Assembly (NCBI RefSeq): GCF_009914755.1 | Contig: NC_060932.1 | Reading direction: 5' to 3' (one strand) | Origin: the human T2T-CHM13v2.0 reference genome, Homo sapiens | Length of the DNA: 64,000 bases | In this document: in pieces, positions 39,171-50,795 of the stretch | Layout of the letters: each line of letters starts with the position of its first letter | Numbering within the stretch: position 1 is the stretch's first letter | Made by a program: the position numbers and the translations under genes | The notes under the pieces: generated by a model | Told to the model about the DNA's origin: nothing | Databases searched by the model: none | What the model saw: the letters and a program-made list of their open reading frames with translations, nothing else

Positions 39171-42100
39171 CTGTGGAGAGAGGAGGAGGCTCTGTGGGTA
39201 CCCTATGTTGTGTGCCAGCTGCCCGGCCCCGGGAAGGCCCGAAGCCTGGGACCCATCGATCGGCACCACGGGCACAGCCTGTGTGTGCTGGGAGACCCTG
39301 GGGAGGCCCCTGCCTGCGGGGCTTGGGGTGGCGGCTTGGAGGAGTGGGTTTCAGAGAGACCTTCTGCTGCGGGCCAGGTCCTTCCTCTGGCATAAGGGGA
39401 CCTGTCTCTCCTCAGACCAGGCTCCTCCATGACATCTGGGGCCAGGAGCAACTGAGTGGCTCCTTCCTCCCCAGTCTCACTGCAGAGTTTCAGGGAGCAG
39501 AGGAAAAGCCCAGGTCCCACGCTCGACCAAGTCGGGAAATGGCGGGGGATGAGGACGGGGCAGGCTGTCAGCTGCAGAAGCTCATGTCCCGTAGGGAAAG
39601 GGAGGCAGGGTCGGCCAGGGGCCCCGGGGAGCAGGTGAGAAGGAGCGGGCTCGCGGCCTCAGGCAGCACTGCTGTCTGTGTGAGACTCCGCCAGCTTCTG
39701 CACCCGCGCTGTGGGGGCCACTCAGAGCCCGGCAGCCTTGGGTAAAGGGGAGCTGCTTCCCTGAACCTGCACTGCTCAGAACATTCTGGAAGCTGTGACC
39801 CTGACCCAAGGGTCCTCTTGTTGAAAGCTGGGTGTGGGGATGGGGGCTTCTGTCTCAAGATGCTCGCTAGGTCTATGCCTCTGTTTCCTCATCGCCACTG
39901 TTTTCGGTGAAAGGAATGAATTCCTGACGAGTGTTCAGGGCAGCGGCGCTGCACGGCTGAGGCCAAACTCACAGCAGTCATAGCTGCGTGTAACTAGGAG
40001 CAGGGTTTAGTGCCACGTTCTGTCCAGCCCTTTCCCGGCCCTGGCAAAGCAGAGAGACAGAGCTGCTGCCAGGTCTGGATGAAAGCAAGCTGCTCCTGGA
40101 TCGAAGAGAGCATCGCGGAGGGACCCCTTACCTCTTGCCCAGTGTGCAGTTCTTTGCATAAGTCCCATGGTTAGTGAACCTACACTCCGTTCTTAAGTAA
40201 GGAGCTGCGTTTTTATGGGTAAAATGGAGTAGAGGCAGCATTAGCTGGCCCCGTCTCTGAGTAATCCCCCGGGAGACCTGGGACGGGCCCAGGCACCAGT
40301 CATTGGCCAGATGGTTTGGAGACAGAAGGCCCTGGGCTCCAGGGAGAGTGAGGCCGCGTCAGAGCGTGGGCCATAGGCTCTTGTTTCCTCGCTTGTGAAA
40401 TGGCGACATTCAGCTGGCCTGCTAGGGAGCAAGCAGAAGTCAGACAGAACCACTCGAGGCCTGGCGCTCTGCGGGGTTGGTAGTGGCACCCGTTGGTGTT
40501 GAACCCAGGGGCCCTTCCCCGTTTGCCCCCAGACCCTCAGGGGGCCAGGCAGCCCCTGCCCCTCCACCCACATGGAGTGACTCCAGCAGATCGAGGGTCT
40601 GTAGTCACTGGCTGAAGTCACTGCCGGTGGGTACAAGGGCACCTGGTAGATTTCCTCTGCCCACCCATGCCTGGATGTGCGCCTGCCAGAGGCTTTCGGC
40701 CCCTGGTGCATGCTCAGGATGCCTTCTGTCCACACTGTCCTCCCGGCTACCCACCCCGTCTGTCAGTTCTGCCACCCCATTACCCCATGTCAGGCTTGGC
40801 TGTAACCTCTGAGGCCCCTGGAGGATGGGCCCTGGGGATCTCTCTCAGGAAATGCTGCCTGGCCAGACAGACAGATGGAAAGACAGAAGCAGGCACAGTG
40901 AGGGGCCAGCTGGAAGAGGGGCAGGGTACGGACAGCAGCCCTGGGGGTATGGGAGGAGCACCAAGGCTTCCAGCGAGGGGCGCCCGGGGAGGAGAGTGCC
41001 CCTGGCCCCTCTCTAGCTGGCTTTGCCTGTGGCTTGGGGGTTGTTTTCTGACCACCACCCACAGCAGGCCCTCCACGGGGCAGGGCTTCGGGCTTCCCTG
41101 TTCCTGCCCAGTGCCCACTGCAGTGTGGGGCCCACATTAGGCGCTCGACGGGCAGCTGTTGGGGGATGGAGGCAAGAGCAGCTTCTCGCCATGCCGCCCC
41201 CTGTGTCAGGTGTGGCCAGAGTGGGGAGGGAGTGTCCCCTAGCCCTTGAAAGCAACAGTTGGTGTCTCTGGGCAAGGCCAGGCACCTTGGCATGCTGGGA
41301 GGGACGCTGTCTCCCCGTAAAATGGGGTGGCTCTGAGTCCAAGCTGGAGGGGACTTTGTGGTCATTGGGATTTGTAGAAAACCGGCCCAGAGGATGGGTC
41401 CTCAGGACCACACAGGGAGGCTGCCCTAACACCCCTGCCCCTGCACAGAACAGGGAGTCCGGGAGAGCTGCGCGAGAACCACAACTGCTGTGATTTATGG
41501 GGGCTAGAGGCCCCCACAGACATGATCCCAGTGGTGACAGAGACCCACCAGGAGAGATCCCTCATCCCCTTCCCAGACATGGACACTGAGGCTCAGGGGT
41601 GACTCTGCCTCCAGGGTCTCACAGGGCATATGTGGCCGTCCTGGGTGTGAGCCCATCAGTCTGCCCCCTCCAACCATATCCCCGGCCTCTTTCCTTCTCA
41701 GGGGCAGGACCTTCCTCAGATCAGGGTCCCCCCTGTCTCCAGCCCCACTGCCCTTTCTCAGGCTTCACACTCTCAGGGTCTCCACTGCCTCTGCAGAGAG
41801 CCTCCTCCCTCCCACCCTCCTCAGGTCCTCAGGATTCAGATATGACCCCCAGGCTCCTCCAGCCTTTGAATGCCGACCCTGCCTGTCACTGCCACTGCCC
41901 TACATGTGAGCTCTGGGACCCCGCTCAGCCTGCAGCTCAGAAGAACCAGACCTAAATGAAGAAGGGTCCACAGGAGGCCAGAGGAAAGAAAGGGTGTGTC
42001 GTCAGGAGGGCAGAGCTCCAGGCTCAGCTAGAGACACCCAGGGCAGAGGCTGGCGGAGAGGGACATGCGGGCACCTCCCAGGAGGGCTGCGTTTTCCAGG

Positions 42101-42423
42101 CTTCCACATACACGCCACCTGCTCTCTCCTGCTATTTTAAACGGGCACCCTTTGGTTTAAACTGTAAAGCCCCTTCTTGGCCCTATTTTGGCAATACTGC
42201 TGGGGAGCTGCGGGGCTTCCTCTAACACTCGCAGAAAGATGCGATGATGAACGTAGGTGCATTAGCCACTGCCACTGACAGCCTGCAGGGTGTGGATGCT
42301 GCAGGTTCCTTTTGGGAGGGCAGTGGTGTCCTGGGGTCTGGACCGGGGCAGGGCAGGGGCACCCAGGTGGGGAGGTGCCCAGTGGGGCAGGGCTAGGTGG
42401 GCGGGCCTGGCCCGGGTACTCAC

Positions 42424-42522
42424 TGGCCCGTGTGATCACACAGTATTTGTCAGTGGGGGCACACTCCACCAGGGACTCGCAGTGCTCATGGCCGCAGCAC
42501 ACGTGGCAGTGCAGGGCCTGAG
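42424..42522 (-). CDS. Unrecognised Ly6/uPAR gene, exon 2 (AQALHCHVCCGHEHCESLVECAPTDKYCVITRA)
   Basis: Acceptor ctgttctttctcccccag|, donor A|gtgagt; 99 nt, same as LY6D exon 2; phase 1-1; LxCHVC motif shared with LYNX1 and LY6D. Confidence 0.88.
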
Positions 42523-42944
42523 CTGGGGGAGAAAGAACAGGCCCCTCAGTCTGAACCTGGGGCTGGCACCGAGCGCCAGGCTCCCAGCCCACCCAGCTTT
42601 GCCCCTCTGAGCCACCTCCTCCGCCTTCCCTCCAGGGGAGCCTCTGGGTCCCTGGGGATGGGCCAAAGGGCTAGGGACTTCGTGGTGGTGACCACTCCCT
42701 CTGTCCCTTCTTGTCCTGTGTGTGTGAATGTCAGGCTGTCAGCATGAGGGAGGGATATGTGTGGGGCAGGTGTAGGCTGCCCCAGGTCTCACGAAGGGTC
42801 TTCCCAGCCACTTTTCTTCCCACGGCTTCCCTAGCACCTGTAAACTCATGCACACATCTGCCTCCCTGCCCTCTGAAACTGCCACTGGGTAGAGGACTGG
42901 GGATGCTAGAGAATGTAGTGGAGCCACATCAGCTAAATCAGGAG

Positions 42945-43690
42945 AAAGATGGATGGATGAAGGGGTGGTTGTTAGGTGGGTGGATGGGTGGGTGGGTGGG
43001 TAGGTGAACGAGTGGAAAGGTGGATGGGTGGGTGGATGGATGGAAGGGTGAACGGGTGGGTGGTGGGTGGGTGAGTGGATAAAAGGGTGGGTGGGTGGAT
43101 GGATGGATGGATGGGTGGTCGGAAGCATGGGTGGGTGGATAAGTGGAAGAGTGGATAGTGGGTGGATGAATGGAAGGGTGAATGGGTGGGTGAGTGGGTG
43201 GAAGGGTGGATGGGTGAGTGAGTGGATGGAAAGGTGGATGGGTGAAAGGGTGGATGGATGGGCAGGTGAATGGGTGAAAGGGTGGGTGGATGGATGGGTG
43301 GGTGTAAGAGTGAATGGGTGGGTGGATGGGTGGGTGCGTGGATGGATGAAAGAGCAAATGGATGGATGGAAGGGTGGATGGGTGGGTGGATGGCTGAGTG
43401 GGTGGATGGGCAGGTGGACGAGTAGAAGGGAGGAGGGGTGGGTGGATGGATGGATGGGTGAATGGATGGGTGGATGGGAGGGTAGATGGGTGGGTGGATG
43501 GTGGATGAATGGGTGGGTGGATGGATGGAAGGGTGAATGGGTGGGTGGGTGGATGGGTGAGTGGGTGGATGGATAGAAGGATGGATGGGTGGGTGCGTGG
43601 ATGGTTGGATGGATGGATGGAAGGGTGGTTGGGTGGGTGGGTGGATGGGCAAGTGGGTGGATGGAAGGATGCATGGGTAGAGTGGCAAAT
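42945..43690. repeat. Degenerate (GGAT/GGGT)n tract
   Basis: Read directly from the sequence. Confidence 0.93.
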
Positions 43691-44595
43691 GGTGGAGAGA
43701 AGGGATGGGGCAGCATGACGCATACAAGGAGGGGTAACTTCAAGGTGACCTGTGTTATACTTCTTACTGTCCCCATCTTCTGTCTGAATCAAAGTTTCCT
43801 CACCTACCAAATGGGAGTAATAACAGCCCATGCTGTGGTCTTTTGGGAGGATGAAATGATGAAATGCACAAAACATTGGCCCCTGCCCCACCCTTCTTTA
43901 CTGGAAAAGGATTGCAGGAAGCTCCAGGCAGGGAAGCCAGAGGCAGCTGGGTTGCCTTTCCTAGGGCAGGTGTGGCTCTGGGGACTTCACATACAGAAGG
44001 TGCTTAAGGGCTGTTGAGAGGGCTATCTGCCTGAAGCCTGCTGGTGATGCCCATACCCCAGCCATGTAGGGATCTGCAGCCAGGCCCTGGTCCAGGCTGC
44101 AAGTGGGAGGAACATGGGTGGGCTGTGTTCCTGGCTGGCACCTGTGTGCTGTGTGGTTGCCCCCAGCTTCCAACGACATTGAGGACTGGGTCCACGGGCT
44201 CCATGGACAAGGCTGAGATGTACAGTCATGGGGACCTATGGAAGAAGGGCAAGGTACAATGGATGCCCTGGGGAGACACTTGGCCAAGAGGGAACACAGT
44301 TTTGATAGAGGGCAGGGAGATCTGGGAAGGCTTCCTGGAGTGGGTGGCCCTGTAGGGACATGGGTGGTGGATTTCTATTTGTAGTTGGAGGAGAGACATT
44401 TGGACAGAAGGTGCAGCAAGGAAGAGGGAAGGCCAGATTGTTCAGGGTGTGAGGCCCCAGGAGCTGTGACAGGGCGTGACAGTGGGTGGAGAAGCCAGAA
44501 ACACCACATCCTGGTGTGGAGGCTGTGCTGCCTGGAAAGGCATCTTTGAGCCTTTTGTACCAGGACTTAGGGGTGGAGGTAGTGAGAAAGGTGCC

Positions 44596-46300
44596 CTATA
44601 GGGGGTATCCTGTAGGTGGTGTCCTGTAGGGGTGTCCTGTAGGTGGTGTCCTGTACGAGTGTCCTGTAGGGGATGTCTTGTAGGGAGTGTCCTGTAGGGG
44701 TGTCCTGTAAGGGTGTCCTGTAGGGGGTGTCTTGTAGGGAGTGTCCTGTAAGGGTGTCCTGTAGGGGGTGTCCTGCAGGGAGTGTTTTGTAGGGGCGTCC
44801 TGCAGAGTGTCCTGTAGGGAGTGTCCTGTAGGGGATATCCTGTACAGGTGTCCTATAGGGATTGTCCTGTAGGGGTGTCCTGTAGGGGGTGCCCTGTAGG
44901 GAGTGTCCCGTAGGGGGTTTCCTGTAGGGAGTGTCCTGTAGAGGTTTCCTGTAGGAGTGTCTTGTAGGGGTTTCCTGTAGGGAGTGTCCTGTAGGGGGTG
45001 TCCTGTACAGTGTCCTATAGGGGTGTCCAGTAGGGGTGTCCTGTAGGGGTGTCCTGTAGGGAGTGTCCTGTAGGGGGTGTCCTGTAGGGAGTGTCCTGTA
45101 GGGGGTTTTCTGTAGGGAGTGTCCTGTGGAGGTTTCCTGTAGGAGCGCCTTGTAGGGGTTTCCTGTAAGGCAGGTCCTGTAGGGGTTTCCTGTAGGGAGC
45201 CTGTAGGGAGTGTCCTGTAGAGGTTTCCTGTAAGAGTGTCTTGTAGGGAGTGTCCTGTAGGGAGCGTCCTGTAGGGGGTGTCCTGTTCAGGTGTCCTATA
45301 GGGGGTGTACTGTAGGGGTGTCATATAGGGGTGTCCTGTAGGGGTTTCCTGTAGGTGGTGTCCTGTAGGGTGTGTCCTGTAGGAGGTTTCCTGTAGGGAG
45401 TGTCCTGTAGGGAGTGTCCTGTAGAGGTTTTCTGTAGGAGTATCTTGTAGGGTTTTCTTGTAGGGAGTATCCTGTAGAGAATGTCCTGTAGGGAGTGTCC
45501 TGTAGAGGGTTTCCTGTAGGGAGTATCCTGTAGGGAGTATCCTGTAGGGAGTGTCCTGTAGGAGGTTTCCTGTAGGGGTTTTCTGTAGGGAGTATCCTGT
45601 AGGGAGTGTCCTGTAGGAGGTTTCCTGTAGGGGTTTTCTGTAGGGAGTGTCCTGTAGTGGTGTCCTGTAGAGAGTGTCCTGTAGGGAGTATCCTGTAGGG
45701 AGTATCCTGTAGGAGGTGTTCTGTAGGGACGCCCTGTAGGGAGTATCCTGTAGGGGGGTCCTATAGGAGGTGTTCTGTAGGGGTGTCCTGTAGGAGGTGT
45801 TCTGTAGGGGTGTCCTGTAGGAGGTGTTTTCTAGGGGTGTCCTTTAGGGGTTTCCCGTAAGGGGGGTTTGTGGGGGTTTCCTGTAAGGGGTGTCCTGTAG
45901 GGAGTGTCTTCAAGCAGTGCCCCTGTACGGGGGTCCTGTAGGGGTGTCCTGAAGGGGTTTCCTGTAGGGGGTGTTCTGTAGGGGCGTCCTGTAGAGATGT
46001 TCTGTAGGGGTGTCCTCTAGGGGTGTTCTGCAGGGGTGTCCTGTAGGGGTTTCCTGTAAGGGTGTCCTGTAGGGAGTGTCCCGTAGCAGTGCCCTGTACA
46101 GGGGTCCTGTAAGGGTGTACTGCAGGCGGTGCTCTGTAGGGAATGTCCTGTAGATGTGTCTTTTATGGGGTATTCTGTAGGGGATGTTGTTTAGGGGGTG
46201 TTCTGTAGGGGTGTCTTTTAGGTATGTTCTGTAGGGGTTTTCTATAACGGGTGCCCTGTAGGCTTCCTGTAGGGTGGTCTTGATGGGGGTGTCCTGTAGC
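44596..46300. repeat. About 1.7-kb 13-14-bp minisatellite, consensus TCCTGTAGGG(G/A)GTG
   Basis: cctgtagg recurs every 13-14 nt, roughly 100+ units; degenerate toward 46300. Confidence 0.95.
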
Positions 46301-47431
46301 AGTTCCCTGGGCAAAGCACACCTGCTCTGACTTCAGAGCGAGTGCCTGCTGCGTGGGGTGATTGCATCTTCCGCACCTGTGCAGCTGATATCCATGTTCT
46401 TGGGGTCTGACCCTGACCTTTCTTGCTCTCCCTGCCTACAGCTGGGTTCCTGGTGCTGGTGGGGCCGGGAAACACTCCTAGGTTCCTCTGAACAAGGACC
46501 TTACATTACCGCCACTTCTCCGTAGAGATCCTGGTAACCCCTAAGCCCTCGGGCTGTGATGGGAATGAAGGGGTCACCCTCATTAGATCCTGGGAGCAGT
46601 GACCAGCTCCCAGCAGGTGCTGTCTGACCGTCAGCATCATATGGGCCAACTTTCCAGAAAAGCAAAGTAAGCCCCAGAGAGCACAGGTGTCCCAGGCCAG
46701 TGTCCCCATGTCCTGACTTAGCACCCTTGGCCCCTTCTCTCCCATGGTTGTGCCCTGATATATGGAAGGGTTGTGCCCTTCCGTATAGGGGCTGGAGGGA
46801 TCCGATCAGCTTGGGCAGCCTGACCTTGACTCCTGCCCTTTCCTGATGCCCCCTCCATCTGTCTTTCCAGCCTTCCCACTGCAGGCCCCTCCTCAAGCTG
46901 GGGCTGCTCTCCAAAGTCTCCAGCCCTCCCCACTTCCCCCCTACCCTCACCCCACGCTCAGGAGAAGCTGATGGGGCTGATTATCGCTAGATGATAATTT
47001 TTCAGCTGATAATCACATGCTCTGTCCCTCCCACCCACACCCCCTGCCTCCTGGCCCCTTTTCAGGCCCCAAAGCCAGGTCATCAAGGTCAGGGTAGAGT
47101 GGGGCTAGGGCGGTGACCAACTAGCCCTGGTTTTCTTAGGACTTTCTTTTTTAGCACTCAGAGTCCAACATCCCAAGAATTCCCCTCTGTCTTGGGAAAA
47201 GGGGGATGGAACCCAGGCTGGAACCCAGGACCAGCATCGGGGCTTTCCCCACACAAGCCACAAAGACACCAGAAGCTGTGCCCATAGGAAGAGGCCTCCC
47301 CCAACTCCCTGCAGCCCGCAGTCCAGGCTGGTGATCCTTGGCAAAGCCTGCCCTGCCAACGCCCGGTCCCGGGGTGCCCAGCCCAGGAGCCACCTGCCCC
47401 TGTCCCTCCCCTGGTGTGGCCAGCGTCTTAC

Positions 47432-47483
47432 CCAGGGCAGCACACACAGCAGCCAGAAGCAGCAGCACCAGGAGAAGCCTCAT
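47432..47483 (-). CDS. Unrecognised Ly6/uPAR gene, exon 1, signal peptide MRLLLVLLLLAAVCAAL
   Basis: ATG at 47483 with a purine at -3 (ccccgcgATG); donor G|gtaaga; exactly 52 nt like the three neighbours. Spliced CDS 52+99+212=363 nt = 120 aa. Confidence 0.85.
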
Positions 47484-47529
47484 CGCGGGGTTTTCCGCCA
47501 GGGACTGGGAGCCACAGTGCAAAGGCGCC

Positions 47530-47611
47530 TTTATATGGTGGCCGGCGACTGAGCCAGACCTGGTAATTTAGCCGGAAGATGCGCTGGGGAGAGCAGGGCC
47601 GGCCTGACTCA
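47530..47611 (-). promoter_or_regulatory. Core promoter of the unrecognised LY6 gene: TATAAA (47530-47535) and AP-1 site TGACTCA (47605-47611)
   Basis: TATA lies 47 nt upstream of the ATG, similar to LY6D (48) and SLURP2 (45). Confidence 0.7.
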
Positions 47612-47795
47612 TGCCACTAGGCCTCACTCTGCCCCACCTCCAGGACTCTCAGAAGGCTCCTGTGCCCCCCTCTCTGCTGTCCCCTGGTCCTGAGCCTCTG
47701 GGCCCCTACTCCCTGCAGCTTGGGCCCTGTCCTGGGTGTTCTCAGAGGGTCATGGCTCTACCTCTGCAGCCTGGGGGGACTGCCCAGCGCACTTG

Positions 47796-47903
47796 TGAGT
47801 ACGTACAGCCCCCTCCCCGCTGCTTCTGAGTATGTGCAGCCCCTCCCCGCCGCTTCTGAGTACGTACAGCCCCCTCCCCGCTGCTTCTGAGTAGGTACAG
47901 CCT
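47796..47903. repeat. 30-31-bp tandem repeat, about 3.5 copies
   Basis: tgagta..tacagcccc at 47796, 47827, 47857 and 47888. Confidence 0.85.
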
Positions 47904-49704
47904 CATCCCTGGTGCTTCTGAATATCTATGGCCCCCTCCCCTCTGCACTCTCCCTTGCACCAGGGTAGGCAGGGGTCACCAAACCCATTCTAATGGGGAA
48001 ACTGAGGCACTGGAGGCTGGAAGCTTTGAGCCAGTGCTTCTTAATCTTCAGTGTGCACACAAATCACCTAGGATCCGGTCGAAATGCTGGCTGTGGAGGC
48101 CTGGGCGGGGCCTGGAATGGTGCAGGCTCCTTGGGGTGGTGTTGCCTGTCTAGGGTAGGCTTAGCTTGGGCCAGTGGCAGAGCCAAGGTGCACAGGGCAG
48201 CCTGGCCATGTCTGAATCACTACCCATCCAACCCCAGGCCAGGCCTGGGGGACTGTGGGGTGACAGGGATATTCTAGGGTCACGGGACATGGCCTGTTTA
48301 CAGTGGGGCTGGCCCCATTTCTATCCTCAGGGTCTCTCTGGGGTTCTGGAGGCTGAGGGGCAGCAGCTCACAAGCTCAAATCCCCTGGGAGTCTCTCCTC
48401 CAACCCCCAATGTCTCCCTGCTTCAGGATGGCTCCCCTTCTGGTCTCCTTCCACCTCCCCCTCCTCATCCTGTCTGCCCTCCCCACTGGGATTGGCTCCA
48501 GTCCTCTCTACCCCTTGCATGAGACACTTACACTCACCTTCAGCCTTTCCCAGGCCTTCCCTTGTACCCTGAACACGCTTCTCCCCTGCTGCCCCATCAG
48601 CAAGATTGCCTTGTCTGGAGCACTCTGTATCCCCTCTGTCTGGACCTGTGCCCTAGAGGTGCCCCTGAGGGCCTGAATCCCATTCCCGACCTCTGCACAG
48701 ACCCAAGAGCCCAAGGGCCCTCTTCTCCATCCACCCTCGGAAGCTAGGCCAAGCTGCTGGGCACCCACCCCAAGGCTGGAAGGTGGGGCTGGATGCCCAG
48801 GTCGGGGCCATGCAGGATGTCGGGGGGTGGGGCAGGCAAGCTCCAGGGCTGGGACTGGCTCTCTCTGCAGCCATCTCCCAGCATGAAGGCCAAGGAGTCT
48901 GGAATTTGAATGAACACCAGGCTTTCCCTGTGGTGTTGATGTTATATTTGTCAACAGTATTTTATTTTAACTGTTTTTTAGCTCCTTTGAAAACTTACAT
49001 ATCTGGGGACACACATGGCATGTGGGCTCCCATTGCCTTGACCCCCAGTGGAAAGGAAGGATCATTTCCTTTCAGCTCCTCTTGCTCCGCTCACTCCAGG
49101 TCACCTCTGGGCTTAGCGGCTTCCTGGCCATGGGTCATGGCAGCGTGTGAGCTGCAAAGCTGCCATGGGACAGGGACTGGACTCTGGGGCGGGCACCTTT
49201 GCAGACACAACCGCAGTCCTCAGCCCAGGCCTGGGAAGGTTTCCTCATCCACCCCTTGGTGGGGTTGAGGGTCAGGGCCGGTGGGAGGAACCGAGACCCG
49301 TGGTGTAACAGGACAGCTGGGCGTTGCAGGCCCTGACACAGCCTCTGAGGGAAGGGGAGGGGGCTCCACACACACCTGCCAGGAGGCCCCTTATGGGTAC
49401 TTTGAGGCAGGGAGCATTTCTTCAGCTTCCCTGCAGGGCCCTGCCCCAGGAAGAAAGGCATGGTGAGCTGCCAGTGCCACCGTGGATGGCACAGACTGTG
49501 ATGTGCCCTTCCTCCCCCCATCCCAGTGCCACAGGGCTCTGAGTCTGTGAAAGCAAAGAAGGGGCAGGGTCGCAGCAGCAGCAGCAGTGGGCTGGGGAGA
49601 GATCCCCGGTGCTGGGCTCCACCTGCCCTGAGTAGTAACCAATCTGCACAAGGCTGGGCCCCTTCCGCTGCAGAGGCAGGACAGGGGCTGGGGCGGATGG
49701 GTGC

Positions 49705-50795
49705 CTGTGTGAGTGTGACTGTGTGTGAGGCTGTGTGTGAGTGTAAGACTGTGAGAGTGTGAGTGTATGAGAGTGTGAGACTGAGTTAGTGTATGAGCAT
49801 GTGTGTGTATGAGTGTGTGTATGAGTGTGAATGACAGTGAGTGTATGAGTGTTAGTGTGAGAATGTGTGAATATGAGTGTGTGTTAGTATAGTGTGAGTG
49901 CATGTGTATAAGTATGTGAATGAATGAGTGCATGTGAGTGTGTTAGTGTATGAGCTTGAGTGTGTGTGAGTGTATGGGGATGTGTGAGTGTATGAGTGTG
50001 TGAATGACAATAAGTGTATGAGTGTGTGTGAGTGTGTGTGTAAGGTGTGTGTGGATGTAAGTGTGTTAGTATACTGTATGTTTGAGTGTGAGTGCGTGTG
50101 TATAACTGTGTGTATGTGAGTGAATGAGTGTGTGAATGAGACTGTGTAAGACTGTGTGTGTGATGCTATGTGTGAGTGTACAAGTGTGCACGAATATGTG
50201 TGTGAATGACAGTGTATGAGTGTAAGTGTGAGAGTTGAGTGTGTTAGTGTGAGTGTATGAGTGCATGTATATGAGTGTGAGAGTGAATGTGAAAGTGTGT
50301 GTGCAGTGAGTGTATGTGTGTGAAAGTGTGTCAGTGTATGCGTGTGAGAATGTGAATGAGTGTGAACGAGTGTGTGTGAGTGTGTGAGTGAGCATAGTGT
50401 ATGAATGTGAGTGTGCAAGTGTGAGTGTGAGGATGCGAGTGTGGTGCATGTGTATATGTGAGTGAATGTGAGTGTGTGTATAAGTGTGAGAGTGAGTGTG
50501 AGAATGTGTGTGAGTGTGTTAGTATAGCATGAGTGTATGAGTGAGAAATGAGTTCATGTGTATGAGTGTGTATGTGAGATTGAATATGAGTGTGAAAGTG
50601 TCAGTGAGTGTATGAGTGTGTGTTAGTATGAGGATGTATGTGAGACTGAATGTGTGTGTGACAGTGTGACTAAGTGTGAGAGTATGTGTGTGTGCATAAG
50701 TGTGTGTGTGAGAAACAGTGTGAGCGTGTGTGAGAGGGTGTATGAGTGTGTGTGTGAGGGTGTGCAGGTGTATGAGTCTGAGTGTGTGTGTGGTG
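49705..50795. repeat. Complex (TG)/(TGAG) low-complexity tract
   Basis: Read directly from the sequence. Confidence 0.92.

Noticed and set aside
36825-39745. 324-aa and 318-aa plus-strand ORFs
   Set aside because: GC-rich, Gly/Arg/Pro-biased and without domains; the second is antisense to the real LY6 exon 3.
42739-43891. ORFs of 250-345 aa open in all three minus frames
   Set aside because: Translation of the (GGAT/GGGT)n tract.
44596-46314. Repetitive TPYR/LQD ORFs (242 and 134 aa)
   Set aside because: Minisatellite translation with frame-wandering units; no evidence of coding.
47151-47522. 123-aa unspliced ORF containing the signal peptide
   Set aside because: It is exon 1 read on into the intron; the strong gtaaga donor after 52 nt explains it.
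49565-49595. Cys5/Leu5-coding stretch suggesting another LY6 exon
   Set aside because: A short (CAG)n repeat with no start codon or splice context.
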